From positions 32,001 through 96,000 of the IMG/VR virus record IMGVR_UViG_3300027969_002800: a DNA stretch of 64,000 nucleotides, one strand, 5' to 3'. Below are positions 28,751 to 38,861 of this stretch, piece after piece. The translations under genes and the position numbers were made by a program. The notes below the pieces were generated by a model, which worked only from the letters and a program-made list of their open reading frames with translations, did not search any database and was not told the DNA's origin. The first letter of the stretch is position 1, and the number at the start of each line of letters is the position of its first letter. Source of the stretch: a virus.

Positions 28751-29460
28751 TTTTGTTTTTTCAATTTTTTAATACAATAGTTTTTATGTAAGTAATAAGA
28801 ATTAACATTAAGTGTGTCACATGCTTCTTTTACACTACCATAAATTACATTGTTTATTAATACTTTAGTTGCAAATCCATTATTGCTACCTTTTTGTTTA
28901 CCCTTTAAAGATTCTGATATAGCAGTAGCTCTTTTTGATCTATCTTCTTCAGACAAATTATCCCAATATGCTTTTACTGATGTTTTTCTTTTTGTTTTTT
29001 CTAAATCAGCAGTGTCACCATATTGTTCTTCATATGTTTTATATTCTCTATTTTCATTAATTGAACTTAACTTTTTCTTTGTTTGTTCACTATGAGTTTT
29101 TCCATAGAAAGGATTATTTTCTCCAATATAGGAATCTTTAATTTTATTTAATGTTTCTACATCTTTGATTGATTTTTTGTTTAAAATTCTTGCACTTCTT
29201 AGATTTACAATATGTTCACGTGTATCATTTTCATAACATTCAGCTATCATTAAATGTGCTTTGATATGATCTTCTACTGATAAATTTACAAAATTAGTTT
29301 TGTTATTTACTGATAAAGTATCATCTGTCCATAAATTTTTAGGAATGATATGATGTTTATGTAAAACTAATGTTTTATCATAAGATAAAGTTGAACAATT
29401 TTTTATAAAGTCCAAATAAGTATAAAAATTTTCAAGATCAAAATGTGTTGCAGATTTCAT
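28747..29460 (-). CDS. HNH/NUMOD3 homing endonuclease
   Basis: HKHHIIPK..NLSVEDHIKAH; NPFYGKTHSEQTK (NUMOD3); own TATATTTG box at 29465-29472. Confidence 0.85.
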   Translation of the reverse strand: MKSATHFDLENFYTYLDFIKNCSTLSYDKTLVLHKHHIIPKNLWTDDTLSVNNKTNFVNLSVEDHIKAHLMIAECYENDTREHIVNLRSARILNKKSIKDVETLNKIKDSYIGENNPFYGKTHSEQTKKKLSSINENREYKTYEEQYGDTADLEKTKRKTSVKAYWDNLSEEDRSKRATAISESLKGKQKGSNNGFATKVLINNVIYGSVKEACDTLNVNSYYLHKNYCIKKLKKQK

Positions 29461-29479
29461 AATACAAATATACTAATTA

Positions 29480-30133
29480 TTAATCTTTTCCATATTCTAA
29501 AGATAAAATTTTTCCAACAAGATCTGATCTATGGTTTTCTTTCAATTTGATCCATTCAATTCCTTCTATTTTTTTAGAAAGTTCAATTACATAAGATAAT
29601 CCAGTGTAACTATTTTTTGTATCATTTTGTTCTGAATCACCATTAATAATTATCTTACCTGTCTTACCAAGTCTTGTTAGTATAGCAAGCATTTCCCCTT
29701 TTGACAGGTTTTGCGCTTCCTCCACCACCAACACATCATCAATAGTTTTACCACGTATAAACTGAACAGGATAAGCAATAACCCTCTTGTTCTTAACCAG
29801 TTCTTGAATCTTAAGTTTATCATAACACTTTTCAAGGTTTTCCTGAAATGCTTCTAGGTAAGGATTGAACTTCTCTTCAAGATCTCCTGGAAGAAACCCT
29901 AGTGATCCACCCACTTCAATTGTTGCTCTTGTAACATAAATGTGATTACATTGTTTCTTCATTAAGAAATCTAAAGCAGCTTGGGCACATACTAGAGACT
30001 TACCACTTCCAGCTCTACCAGTAACAATAACTATTTGGTTATCTATTATTAACTGTTTAGCAAGCTTCTGTTCTTCGTTGAGGGTAACAGCATATTTGAT
30101 ATCACTTTTACGTTCCCTGTTAGGTTCTTTCAT
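29480..30133 (-). CDS. phoH: PhoH-family ATPase
   Basis: GRAGSGKS, LGFLPGDLEEK, RGKT, EEAQN, LTRLG and HRS motifs. Confidence 0.93.
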   Translation of the reverse strand: MKEPNRERKSDIKYAVTLNEEQKLAKQLIIDNQIVIVTGRAGSGKSLVCAQAALDFLMKKQCNHIYVTRATIEVGGSLGFLPGDLEEKFNPYLEAFQENLEKCYDKLKIQELVKNKRVIAYPVQFIRGKTIDDVLVVEEAQNLSKGEMLAILTRLGKTGKIIINGDSEQNDTKNSYTGLSYVIELSKKIEGIEWIKLKENHRSDLVGKILSLEYGKD

Positions 30134-30572
30134 ATTTTAGTTTTAATTGGTTACGTCTATTATTAACCTCCTCATACTTATACATGTCATTTTCAACATT
30201 AGAATGCTCCTCAAGGGTCAAAAGTATAATATTTTCTTCATCTAAACAAGCTTCTGGATACTTTTCTTTTGGTAAAATGTGATGGAAATATGTACTCATT
30301 GCTTCTTTACCAAGATAGGCATCACTTATTTCTGACCTATGTGGTCTTTTCTTCCATATACACAAGAAGAACTGTCTCATTTCCAAGAACTTACTAGGAG
30401 ATTTGTCCAGTTTTTGTGATAATAAACTGGACTTTTGCAAAGATTTACCATCACTAACCCCTTTTTTAGGGGTTAATGTTGGCTTTAACCTACTTTGAGC
30501 TAAAGGTTTTCTTTGTTTATGCTGAAAGCAATATTCTCCATCAGAATTCTTTCCACATGTTTTACACTTCAT
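30120..30572 (-). CDS. HNH-like nuclease (likely start MKCKTCG)
   Basis: CxxC..C..H zinc motif; FHHILPK..NIILLTLEEH. Confidence 0.55.
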   Translation of the reverse strand: MKCKTCGKNSDGEYCFQHKQRKPLAQSRLKPTLTPKKGVSDGKSLQKSSLLSQKLDKSPSKFLEMRQFFLCIWKKRPHRSEISDAYLGKEAMSTYFHHILPKEKYPEACLDEENIILLTLEEHSNVENDMYKYEEVNNRRNQLKLKYERT

Positions 30573-30867
30573 CTTCTTTAGTAAAGTAATGATTGAAAGG
30601 ATTAGGTCCTGATGTGTATGGTTGTGTACTACCAGATGTAGGACCATTAATACCTCCAGTTATTGGTAAAGTTCCAAATGGTGTAGGTGTGCAATCACAA
30701 CTTCCTTTCCATGGAGCATTTATCTTTCCACATCTATGACATTCCCATGATAAAGAAACTTTAGGACATGTGCACATTTGTGGTTGTCCTGTACTACTCC
30801 AAGTAAGAGGCATAGTTTTATATCCTCTACAAGTTGTACATATCTGAGGGAAATCAAAATTAGTCAT
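30562..30867 (-). CDS. Cys-rich zinc-finger hypothetical protein
   Basis: [20 protein letters not shown]. Confidence 0.5.
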   Translation of the reverse strand: MTNFDFPQICTTCRGYKTMPLTWSSTGQPQMCTCPKVSLSWECHRCGKINAPWKGSCDCTPTPFGTLPITGGINGPTSGSTQPYTSGPNPFNHYFTKEDEV

Positions 30868-31102
30868 TGTCTTCTACTTTTTCATACGTTAATTCAAATA
30901 TATCTGGTTTACATGGATAAAATTCTCCTTGTACTCCTTTTATGATATAATCACCTTTAGAAGCATGCATCTGTCCTTCTAAGGTTTGAATGTACAATTC
31001 TCCATCTCTAAATTCAACGCCTCTTAAAAAATCATATATTTCTTCTTGATTTCCATTCCATTGAATTGCTTCAATTACAACTGGTTTTTTTCTGTATTTC
31101 AT
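30860..31102 (-). CDS. Conserved phage hypothetical protein
   Basis: [38 protein letters not shown]. Confidence 0.7.
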   Translation of the reverse strand: MKYRKKPVVIEAIQWNGNQEEIYDFLRGVEFRDGELYIQTLEGQMHASKGDYIIKGVQGEFYPCKPDIFELTYEKVEDND

Positions 31103-31734
31103 AATTTATTTATTTTTTTATGTTTAACATTAATTGGTGTATTTACTATTTTCTCTATAGACCATCCTCTAAGAACTCTATTATTAAATGTTGAAGTTGA
31201 AATATTTAATTTTTCACACCATTCAGACATACATAAAGTTTCTTCTAAGTAAGTATATACTTTATTATTAGTTCTATTTCTAGCTTGAATCATTGGTGTA
31301 GCCCATCTACAATTACTAGGTTCATAATTTCCATTCACGTCTATTCTATCTATAGTTAAATCTTTTGATTCTCCCATATCTAAATAAAAATTAATAAATG
31401 AATCTTTCCATTTATCACATATAATAATTCCTCTTCCTCCATAGTTTTTATAACGAGGATTATTAGAATTATAACATCTGTCTTTCATAGACTGCCATAT
31501 TGAAAATTCTCTAGACTTCCACATACCATGTGATCCTGTTAGAAGTGAACATTTATTACAACTTCTAGATGCACCACTTCTCAATGATGCACCTAAAACT
31601 TGTTTTTCTTTTCCACAATCACATTTTACATTATATAATATGTGACCATTTTTGTTTCTGGTTTCAATTTCAGATATAACTGTTAGTATACCATATTTTT
31701 TACCAATCATACATTGTTTATTTGTTTTTCCCAT
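31099..31734 (-). CDS. HNH homing endonuclease
   Basis: [36 protein letters not shown]; own TATATTTG box at 31757-31764. Confidence 0.88.
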   Translation of the reverse strand: MGKTNKQCMIGKKYGILTVISEIETRNKNGHILYNVKCDCGKEKQVLGASLRSGASRSCNKCSLLTGSHGMWKSREFSIWQSMKDRCYNSNNPRYKNYGGRGIIICDKWKDSFINFYLDMGESKDLTIDRIDVNGNYEPSNCRWATPMIQARNRTNNKVYTYLEETLCMSEWCEKLNISTSTFNNRVLRGWSIEKIVNTPINVKHKKINKL

Positions 31735-31784
31735 AATTTAAATATTTAAGATTTTACAAATATACAATATTTATTAAACAAAAA

Positions 31785-32090
31785 CTAATTATCCTTACAA
31801 AACTGTCCATTTCTCATAACTCCACTACGTTTAGCTATTACATTGTATGCACTCTCTAAACATTCTGTCAAACTCACTCCTTGCAGTTCTGCTTGGATGA
31901 TGATTGTAACTAGGATGTCACCTAGTGCATCAATTATCTCTTCTTTGTTGTTATCAAAGATAGCATCTGCTAGTTCTTCCACTTCTTCCAATGTTTTATC
32001 ACATTGTCTACCTGGTGTTCCATTCTCTAGAATACCTTTTTGTTCTGCCCATGCTAATACAAGAGCTTCTAATTCATTGTAACTTTTCAT
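31785..32090 (-). CDS. MazG-like nucleotide pyrophosphohydrolase
   Basis: KTLEEVEEL..IIDALGDILVT. Confidence 0.85.
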   Translation of the reverse strand: MKSYNELEALVLAWAEQKGILENGTPGRQCDKTLEEVEELADAIFDNNKEEIIDALGDILVTIIIQAELQGVSLTECLESAYNVIAKRSGVMRNGQFCKDN

Positions 32091-32728
32091 ATTATTTTTT
32101 CTGTTATTAATATTTGTCTAACTTTTTCTATTAGATCTTTTATAGATCCATCATTAATGATTTCATAATCAAACTCTGCTTTATCAAGACTTGTCTCACT
32201 AGGATGTAATCTTACAGGTGTTTTACTTTTCTCAACTGGTCTAACCACTTTAATTGTAAGTCCTTTGACATCCTCTACAGCTTCTAATTCATTAGGAAAC
32301 CTAACATCTGTAATAATCCAATTGCTTGGGTTGTACTCACTCATCTTTGGTCTCTTGTATTCACACATTAATGCGTTCACCCAAGCGTTAGGATGTAATC
32401 CATCACGTATAGCTTCTGTACCAAGCTTCTGAAGAAGTTCTCTTACAGACATTAATGCATTAAACTGTATGTCAGCAAATGGTGGTATTGAGTTAAGTGG
32501 TACTTGTTGCACTGTTCCCCATTCATATCCAAGATATGACTTCTTGAATTCTTGATCTTCAAAATCCTCTACAGGAATACCAGTTAACAAGGAAGCTATT
32601 TGTTTTAGCTTCCCTGCAAACTTCTTAACTTCAAACACTGGCCCATGATTACTAAGACATACCTCTTGTATAATTTCTCCAACAGTGTCTTTACCACTTC
32701 CTATTCTACCTGCTATACCTATTATCAT
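32087..32728 (-). CDS. Deoxynucleoside monophosphate kinase
   Basis: GRIGSGKDT, RELLQKLGTE, ITDVRFPNE, HPSE. Confidence 0.9.
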   Translation of the reverse strand: MIIGIAGRIGSGKDTVGEIIQEVCLSNHGPVFEVKKFAGKLKQIASLLTGIPVEDFEDQEFKKSYLGYEWGTVQQVPLNSIPPFADIQFNALMSVRELLQKLGTEAIRDGLHPNAWVNALMCEYKRPKMSEYNPSNWIITDVRFPNELEAVEDVKGLTIKVVRPVEKSKTPVRLHPSETSLDKAEFDYEIINDGSIKDLIEKVRQILITEKII

Positions 32729-33783
32729 AATGCATCTGGTTCAGGACATACATCTTCTTCCACTTCCACTTCTTCAATAGGAAGATCAGTTTGGTTGATT
32801 GCAGCTACAATCTTCTCTTTAAGCTCATCATAGAACTCTGGGTTATCAACTACCAACTGTTTGAATTCTTCTAAGTCATACTTAGTTCCATCTACTGTCA
32901 TAGTTTTACCATACTTACGTCCTAGCTCAAACTCATTAAGAAGAGTCATCATCTCATCAAGAATGTCAATACCTTTACCATACACAATCTCAAACTCTGA
33001 TTTTCTATATGGAGGAGACATTTTATTCTTGACAGCTTTCAGCTTAGTAATGTTACCATAGTTTACATCACCATCTTTGGCTAAAGTTCTAGACACTTCT
33101 ATTCTTACATCACTGTAGAATTTAAGAGCATGACCACCTTGAGTTGTTGTAGGATTACCAAACATAACACCAATCTTCTCTCTATATTGGGATATTACGA
33201 TAACACATACATTATGCTGTGATAGAGCCCCTTTAAGCTTTGGATAAGCATTACTGTTCAATAAAGCTTTTCTACCGATTGTAGAGTCTCCTACATCACC
33301 ATCAAGCATCTTCTTAGGAATAAGCGATGAATCTGAATCGATAATTACTAGATCAATCTCTCCAGTGTTAATCATTTCCATAGCAATATTGAAACCCTCC
33401 TCACCACAAGATGGTTGAGAAATCAATAGCTTAGTTGTATCAACACCTAGTTTCTTGAAATAGTTCTTGTCAACAGCATGCTCACCATCTATATATAGAA
33501 CAGTTCCTCCTGCTTTTTGACATTCAGCTGCAGCATGTCCACATATTGTAGATTTACCTGTGCCCTCCCAGCCCATAAGTTCATAGAGTTTCCCCTTTAC
33601 AAATCCTCCTACACCAAGTGTGATGTGATCAAAACCAATACTCCCTGTACTGATTACATCATAATCACCTCCTGCTTTAGAGTCTAACGCTAATATTGAA
33701 CCAACCCCATATTTTTTATTAAGGTTGTCAACTGCTTCTTGAAACTTGTTATTAGTTTCTTTTACTACTTTTTTTCCTGCCAT
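32725..33783 (-). CDS. recA: RecA/UvsX recombinase
   Basis: GWEGTGKST, IDGEHA, SQP..GEE, IGVMFGNPTTTQGGHALKFY. Confidence 0.95.
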   Translation of the reverse strand: MAGKKVVKETNNKFQEAVDNLNKKYGVGSILALDSKAGGDYDVISTGSIGFDHITLGVGGFVKGKLYELMGWEGTGKSTICGHAAAECQKAGGTVLYIDGEHAVDKNYFKKLGVDTTKLLISQPSCGEEGFNIAMEMINTGEIDLVIIDSDSSLIPKKMLDGDVGDSTIGRKALLNSNAYPKLKGALSQHNVCVIVISQYREKIGVMFGNPTTTQGGHALKFYSDVRIEVSRTLAKDGDVNYGNITKLKAVKNKMSPPYRKSEFEIVYGKGIDILDEMMTLLNEFELGRKYGKTMTVDGTKYDLEEFKQLVVDNPEFYDELKEKIVAAINQTDLPIEEVEVEEDVCPEPDAL

Positions 33784-34030
33784 TATTTAGTTGTTTTAAT
33801 TGTTTTTTAGTTATTTTTTAGTTGTTTTAACTGTTTAAAGATAATAAATTTTTGTGTTATTTCCTAACCTTTTGTAGTAAGATAGACCCCATAAATTAGG
33901 GTTTATCTATCCACGATTGGTCCCATAAATCTTAGAAATTTGGGACGAAATAGTTATTCTTGGTGAAAAATAGGTATTTCTGATATGTTCTGGTGAAAAG
34001 TAGGTTTGACTATTAATAGTCAATAGTCAA

Positions 34031-34058
34031 AAAAACCCTAAATTTCTTTAGGGCTCTT
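34031..34058 (-). terminator. Intrinsic terminator-like hairpin
   Basis: CCCTAAA-TTTC-TTTAGGG stem, followed on the - strand by a T-run. Confidence 0.55.
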
Positions 34059-34096
34059 TCTTCACAATTTAAAAAAAACATAACAGAACAGAACTT

Positions 34097-34276
34097 TTAT
34101 TCACTTGTTCTAAGTGATGTATTACCTTTTTCACATTTATCAAAAGGACAATGTCTGCATTCATTACCACAGCATTGTTTCTTTGTTTTTAATAGATACT
34201 CCTTAGTGAAATGAATTCTTCCATCCTCTAAGTAATAGTCTCTAAACTCTATGAATTCTTTTTTATCTTCACTCAT
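34097..34276 (-). CDS. Small Cys-rich protein (DUF5522-like)
   Basis: DYYLEDGRIHFTKEYL..CCGNECRHCPF; not in the ORF track; family name recalled. Confidence 0.65.
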   Translation of the reverse strand: MSEDKKEFIEFRDYYLEDGRIHFTKEYLLKTKKQCCGNECRHCPFDKCEKGNTSLRTSE

Positions 34277-34452
34277 TTTCTATTCATTTTAGAAGGAACT
34301 ATTATATATTCCTCATCGAATAACTGATGCACTCTCTTTGGATCTAAACTGAATATATCAATTAGTTCTTCTGGAGATAATGCTGGATATCTTTCTTTGA
34401 ACTCAAATATAAGAAGTTTAGTTTTTAGAGCTAGTTTTCTTGTATTCCCCAT
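34273..34452 (-). CDS. Hypothetical protein (59 aa)
   Basis: MGNTRKLALK...; overlaps neighbours in operon fashion. Confidence 0.45.
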   Translation of the reverse strand: MGNTRKLALKTKLLIFEFKERYPALSPEELIDIFSLDPKRVHQLFDEEYIIVPSKMNRK

Positions 34453-34675
34453 CTTGAGATTGTTTTATAAGTTCTCTTTCATCTTCGAATGCATATCGAT
34501 ACTTAGCATCTTTATATTCCTCCATGATGATTGGATTATGCATTTTTCTGAAGAAGTCTTTGCTGGTGCTCTCTATAGCTAGAATGATGTGACTATCATT
34601 ATATCCACATACATATCCCTTATACTTAGGATGCACTATCAACATATTCTTATACTGGTTGAATACTTTTTCCAT
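34418..34675 (-). CDS. Hypothetical protein
   Basis: ORF in a tightly packed - strand operon. Confidence 0.5.
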   Translation of the reverse strand: MEKVFNQYKNMLIVHPKYKGYVCGYNDSHIILAIESTSKDFFRKMHNPIIMEEYKDAKYRYAFEDERELIKQSQDGEYKKTSSKN

Positions 34676-34988
34676 CTTTGTCTAGGTTTAAACTTGCTAA
34701 TCTATTTTCTAACTCATATTCCACCTTTAGAATGAAGTTGATCTTGTCTTCGAGTTCTTGATCAACAATTCTACCTACAAAAGGCATTAGTTCATAAAGA
34801 TTTGTATACACCCTAGCTAATCCATATTTAGTTTTTATTTGACTAAATTGAAATCCAGGAATCTTTATAAGATCATTAAATATTTGGTCTACATAAGTTA
34901 ATACAGAAGGTTCATCAATAGACATTCCATAATGCCCTTCTTCTAAATAAGCTGCATACTTATCATTAAATTCTTTATACGTTCTCAT
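34650..34988 (-). CDS. Hypothetical protein
   Basis: QIKTKYG..RVY motif; operon packing. Confidence 0.55.
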   Translation of the reverse strand: MRTYKEFNDKYAAYLEEGHYGMSIDEPSVLTYVDQIFNDLIKIPGFQFSQIKTKYGLARVYTNLYELMPFVGRIVDQELEDKINFILKVEYELENRLASLNLDKDGKSIQPV

Positions 34989-35382
34989 TTGTTTCTTCTT
35001 TAGGGGTTAATTTGTTTTCTAATATTTCAAATGCTGCTTCTATAGCAAACAATTCTGCTTCTTTTCTAGTTTTTTTAATATCTGGACTGATATTACCAAT
35101 TTTATATGAAAAATAATTACTAGGATATATAGATCCTTCATTTAGTGGTCTAAAAATCTCTATTAATATATGATTCTCATCAAATACATCTAATAACATT
35201 CTAGGATTGGCATCAATCATAATTGCTAGTTTGTCATCTTCTATACCTGTTTCTCTCATCATGTCTTTGAATTCATCTGGAACATCTGCTGTTTGCAATG
35301 ATTCAATCATCTTTTCTAAAAACCATGCTCTAATAACAACAGCTGATGCTGTATGTTTTTGTAATAAATCTATTCCTTTCAT
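34975..35382 (-). CDS. Hypothetical protein
   Basis: Operon packing. Confidence 0.55.
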   Translation of the reverse strand: MKGIDLLQKHTASAVVIRAWFLEKMIESLQTADVPDEFKDMMRETGIEDDKLAIMIDANPRMLLDVFDENHILIEIFRPLNEGSIYPSNYFSYKIGNISPDIKKTRKEAELFAIEAAFEILENKLTPKEETNENV

Positions 35383-35383
35383 A

Positions 35384-35587
35384 TTATTGTTCTATTGGTT
35401 GTTCATGTAATACTAGAGAGGCTTCTATCCACCATACTCTTTCAAAATCAAACTCAGTTAACGGTTCCTTTTCTTTGCATGCTTTATATTTGATGTCATA
35501 CATCATAGCAGCCATCTCACAGAATGTAGCAGTCTTTTCTGTTCCATACTCTTCTATCAGTGATTCTAATATTTGTCTATTAAACAT
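35384..35587 (-). CDS. Hypothetical protein
   Basis: Operon packing. Confidence 0.5.
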   Translation of the reverse strand: MFNRQILESLIEEYGTEKTATFCEMAAMMYDIKYKACKEKEPLTEFDFERVWWIEASLVLHEQPIEQ

Positions 35588-36131
35588 GTTCTTTTAGTTT
35601 ATCAATTATTAATACTTCTTTTTCTTCATCCCAACCTTCCCACACTTCAAACTCATCTTCAAATGTAATACCTATTTTATCTTCCCAGAACTCTACAAGA
35701 TCTGCGCTCTTCTTAAATATTCTCAATTGAAGACTTATCTCATCTTTGCTTAGTCCTGATTTGATAATCTTAACAGACTTAGGGAATTCACTCTGGAAGG
35801 CTTTTGATGTTTTAGAATACTTACCTTGTTTAACAAGTTCAAAGTCTTGCTTGAATCTTTCATTGAGTTGATATACAACAACAACAAACCCATCTTCATA
35901 ATCATAATCTTCTATTATAGATTTTGTTCTTTCATATTCTCCATCTAAGAACTCCCTAAACTTATCCAAATTATCAGGCTTAAATAACAGATATATAGAA
36001 TCTTTATAATCATGTTGCATTTTTTCATCTTTAATGTATCCATTTATAAATCCATTTGAGCGTAAAGCATCCTTTGGCACCCGAAGAGTGGGCACCATAA
36101 AGATACTAGTTATATTCTTTTTTACTTCCAT
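35580..36131 (-). CDS. Conserved hypothetical protein
   Basis: 183 aa; F..GKYSK motif; adjacent to the exonuclease. Confidence 0.6.
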   Translation of the reverse strand: MEVKKNITSIFMVPTLRVPKDALRSNGFINGYIKDEKMQHDYKDSIYLLFKPDNLDKFREFLDGEYERTKSIIEDYDYEDGFVVVVYQLNERFKQDFELVKQGKYSKTSKAFQSEFPKSVKIIKSGLSKDEISLQLRIFKKSADLVEFWEDKIGITFEDEFEVWEGWDEEKEVLIIDKLKEHV

Positions 36132-36132
36132 G

Positions 36133-37185
36133 TTATCCCTTAATGTTAACTATTCCATTAGATAAATAGTTTTTGTGGCTTATGTTCCACGTTCCTGTTT
36201 CTTTACACCATATAAGTGCTTTAACAATATCTTCTACACCAGGATATGTTCTTCCTTTGTGTACAAATCCATCATGAGCATCTCCCATATCATCAATATC
36301 TAGTGTATAAATCAATGGCTGATAGTAGTTGGTTGAATCACATACAATAAACTTTAGATATTCCACTGTATATTCATAATATTCACTCTCTGGATCATCT
36401 ACTAGTTTTAACATTGCATGAAAATACAAATAAGCTTGGATGTATGCTCTTCTGTAAAGATAGTATTCTTCATAGAAATTCTCTACACTCCATGTACATT
36501 TTAAATCATATGGCTGTATGACTCTTTCATCATGATCAATGATCACTTTATCAAGCATACTCTTAAGAGGAAGACCATCTAGGTCATATCCTTCTACCTG
36601 CATTTGATCTATCACTGTATACCTAGAGCTGTTCACTAGATTAACAATTGGTGCTGTTGTACTATTAGTCTTTAACTGCTCAACAATCTTTTCAGCAATA
36701 GATACTTCCATTGTATTGATAACAGTTAGATTCTTAGTTCTAACCATTCGTATTTCATTATAATAGATCTCAGCATCAGATCCAAAGAACTTACCTATCA
36801 CAGCCTCGTATTTAATCTTAAATCCTGATATAACATAAGCTTCTTGTGATATGTCTGTAAAATCTTTTGTCACTACACCATTTTCATCTGTACAATCTCT
36901 TGTTACACGATATAATGCTTCAACAAAGTCTAACATTAATCCTGTTGGTGTAGAAGCACAAGATGACATATAGAACTTTTCATCAAATAAATGAGGTTCC
37001 ATTAAAATACACTCAACCAACTTACCCATGTTAATAGATGTATTGTCTTTATCTTCTACAGATTCATTTAAATAATATTTTTTATAATATTTTCTTCTAT
37101 TTTCAGAAAACATTTTTAAAGATGAGGAACTATCCATAACTACTTTCCTATAATCTTCTTCTGTTCTTTTTTTACTTGTTATCAT
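36133..37185 (-). CDS. PD-(D/E)XK exonuclease (RecE/Cas4-like)
   Basis: SSSSLK..MGKLVE; KSMLDKVIID..PYDLK; YIQAYLY. Confidence 0.75.
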   Translation of the reverse strand: MITSKKRTEEDYRKVVMDSSSSLKMFSENRRKYYKKYYLNESVEDKDNTSINMGKLVECILMEPHLFDEKFYMSSCASTPTGLMLDFVEALYRVTRDCTDENGVVTKDFTDISQEAYVISGFKIKYEAVIGKFFGSDAEIYYNEIRMVRTKNLTVINTMEVSIAEKIVEQLKTNSTTAPIVNLVNSSRYTVIDQMQVEGYDLDGLPLKSMLDKVIIDHDERVIQPYDLKCTWSVENFYEEYYLYRRAYIQAYLYFHAMLKLVDDPESEYYEYTVEYLKFIVCDSTNYYQPLIYTLDIDDMGDAHDGFVHKGRTYPGVEDIVKALIWCKETGTWNISHKNYLSNGIVNIKG

Positions 37186-37199
37186 ATTTTTAATTTGTG

Positions 37200-37856
37200 T
37201 TATGTTAAATATTTAAACGGTTTACATTTTTCAGGAGAATTATTTAATCTTCTTCTAAGTGTTTCTATAGGTATATTAAAAAGTTTAGCAACCATAGACA
37301 TAGATTTATATATCTCATTAGTTTCAGTATTAATAACTTTTTTTCCTTTTTTGTATAACGCTTTGTTTTTATTGTTCAATAAACCTTTTGAAATCTTAAG
37401 TTTATGCTCATTAGAAAGTTTCTTTCCTAAATTTGCAATTCTATTAGCTTGTCTAGTTTTTGAAGATCTTTTTTTACCTAAATTAGAAATTCTTAATTTC
37501 TCTTTAGTTTCTTCAGAAACTTTATGACCAAGCATTTTTTGTCTTCTTTTTTCAATAGATTCTTTTGATTGTTTATGCCCTGCACTTCCTCTACCTCCTG
37601 CATCAATATTTACTAGCGGTCCTTTGTTTAAAGTTCTTCTACCTATTGATTCTATTAAAGAAATTTCTATTAATAAAGCTTCTTCGTAAGTTATATCATT
37701 ATGTAGAATTTCAACTTTATAAGATGTTTTATCTGTAATTGCTTTCCAAAAAGAATTTCTGCAGTTTTTAGAATAAGCTCTTTTTAAAGTTGCACCAACA
37801 CCAATGTAAAATATTTCATTTTTGTCTAATCTGATGTGTTGATAAACTATTGCCAT
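37200..37856 (-). CDS. GIY-YIG-like/NUMOD3 homing endonuclease
   Basis: IVYQH..IFYIGVG..RA; NUMOD3 repeats; C-terminal NUMOD1-like HTH. Confidence 0.85.
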   Translation of the reverse strand: MAIVYQHIRLDKNEIFYIGVGATLKRAYSKNCRNSFWKAITDKTSYKVEILHNDITYEEALLIEISLIESIGRRTLNKGPLVNIDAGGRGSAGHKQSKESIEKRRQKMLGHKVSEETKEKLRISNLGKKRSSKTRQANRIANLGKKLSNEHKLKISKGLLNNKNKALYKKGKKVINTETNEIYKSMSMVAKLFNIPIETLRRRLNNSPEKCKPFKYLT

Positions 37857-37990
37857 TACATTAATAAGTCTTGAATAATTATTAATCTAATGTATGCTGA
37901 TAGGCTAAGTCCTAATGATTCAGCTTTTTTAACTAATTTTTCTTTTACTTCTCCATTTATACGAAGTAAAATAGTTTCTTGATTTTTCAT
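37856..37990 (-). CDS. Ribbon-helix-helix (CopG/Arc-like) protein, 44 aa
   Basis: MKNQETILLRINGEVKEKLVKKAESLGLSLSAYIRLIIIQDLLM; TAATG-coupled to the endonuclease; TACGTTTG box at 38011-38018. Confidence 0.7.
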   Translation of the reverse strand: MKNQETILLRINGEVKEKLVKKAESLGLSLSAYIRLIIIQDLLM

Positions 37991-38046
37991 TTGTATATAT
38001 TTTTGTTATACAAACGTAATACAAATATTTTAATCTACCAAATTTT

Positions 38047-38109
38047 TTATAACATTTTTTTAAACATTACTGCTCTGTATTGAGCTTCTGTTTTTGTTCC
38101 TTTTATCAT
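38047..38109 (-). pseudogene. Orphaned original 5' end of the exonuclease gene (MIKGTKTEAQYRAVMFKKML*)
   Basis: Aligns to the exonuclease N-terminus MITSKKRTEEDYRKVVM; its ATG sits 2 nt after the upstream gene's stop. Confidence 0.65.
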
Positions 38110-38111
38110 AA

Positions 38112-38279
38112 TTATTTGTATATTAATATTGCTGATTGTAATGCTCGTTCACCTCTTATAGCATTGATAGATGTCATAACTAATGATACAACAGTCTTCA
38201 ATTCTTTATTCTCTATCATCAATTGAAGATCTCTCTGGATGATATATACATTCTCACTCTCCCAATATCTTGTTTTCAT
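38112..38279 (-). CDS. Hypothetical protein (55 aa)
   Basis: MKTRYWESENVYIIQRDL...; not in the ORF track. Confidence 0.5.
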   Translation of the reverse strand: MKTRYWESENVYIIQRDLQLMIENKELKTVVSLVMTSINAIRGERALQSAILIYK

Positions 38280-38634
38280 CTTCTTTGATTTTTAAAATTT
38301 GATTAGTTAAATATTCTAATGAATAAGCATAAGCTTCTTCTGATTCATATGCAAACTCTATACCTATCTTTTCAAATAGATATACAATAGCATGAAAAGC
38401 TTCATGAGCTACAATGCCTGGGTTATCTATATCATCTTTAAACCTTATAAGAATACATCCAGTCTTAAGTTTAAATGTAGTGGCTATAGCTTTTTGATTA
38501 GTCATTCTTTTATCAAACTTCTTCTTAGATATGTTCTCTTTGATTTCTTCGTACAGATCATCATCTGATTGTCCTATAGACACAACTACATCATGTCCAT
38601 ATACATCTATTGGTATCACTTTAAATATGTTCAT
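38254..38634 (-). CDS. Zincin-like hypothetical protein
   Basis: VAHEAFH..EEAYAY (HExxH). Confidence 0.6.
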   Translation of the reverse strand: MNIFKVIPIDVYGHDVVVSIGQSDDDLYEEIKENISKKKFDKRMTNQKAIATTFKLKTGCILIRFKDDIDNPGIVAHEAFHAIVYLFEKIGIEFAYESEEAYAYSLEYLTNQILKIKEDENKILGE

Positions 38635-38861
38635 AGTGTTTGTTTAAATGCTTCTATAATTTGTGGATACAAAGCTCGTATCTCCCTTGGTACTCTACTG
38701 AAGAACCATCTCACCTCTAGTTCATATTGCTCACCCTTGTCATCTAATCCTTGTGGATGTATTAACCAGAAATAATGATATTTACCATTGTTCTCTACGT
38801 GTCCTTCATGCCACACTTCATTAAAAGCAGGTTCTTTGTTTATTGTTATTGCGTTAGTCAT
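38631..38861 (-). CDS. Hypothetical protein
   Basis: Operon packing. Confidence 0.5.
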   Translation of the reverse strand: MTNAITINKEPAFNEVWHEGHVENNGKYHYFWLIHPQGLDDKGEQYELEVRWFFSRVPREIRALYPQIIEAFKQTL

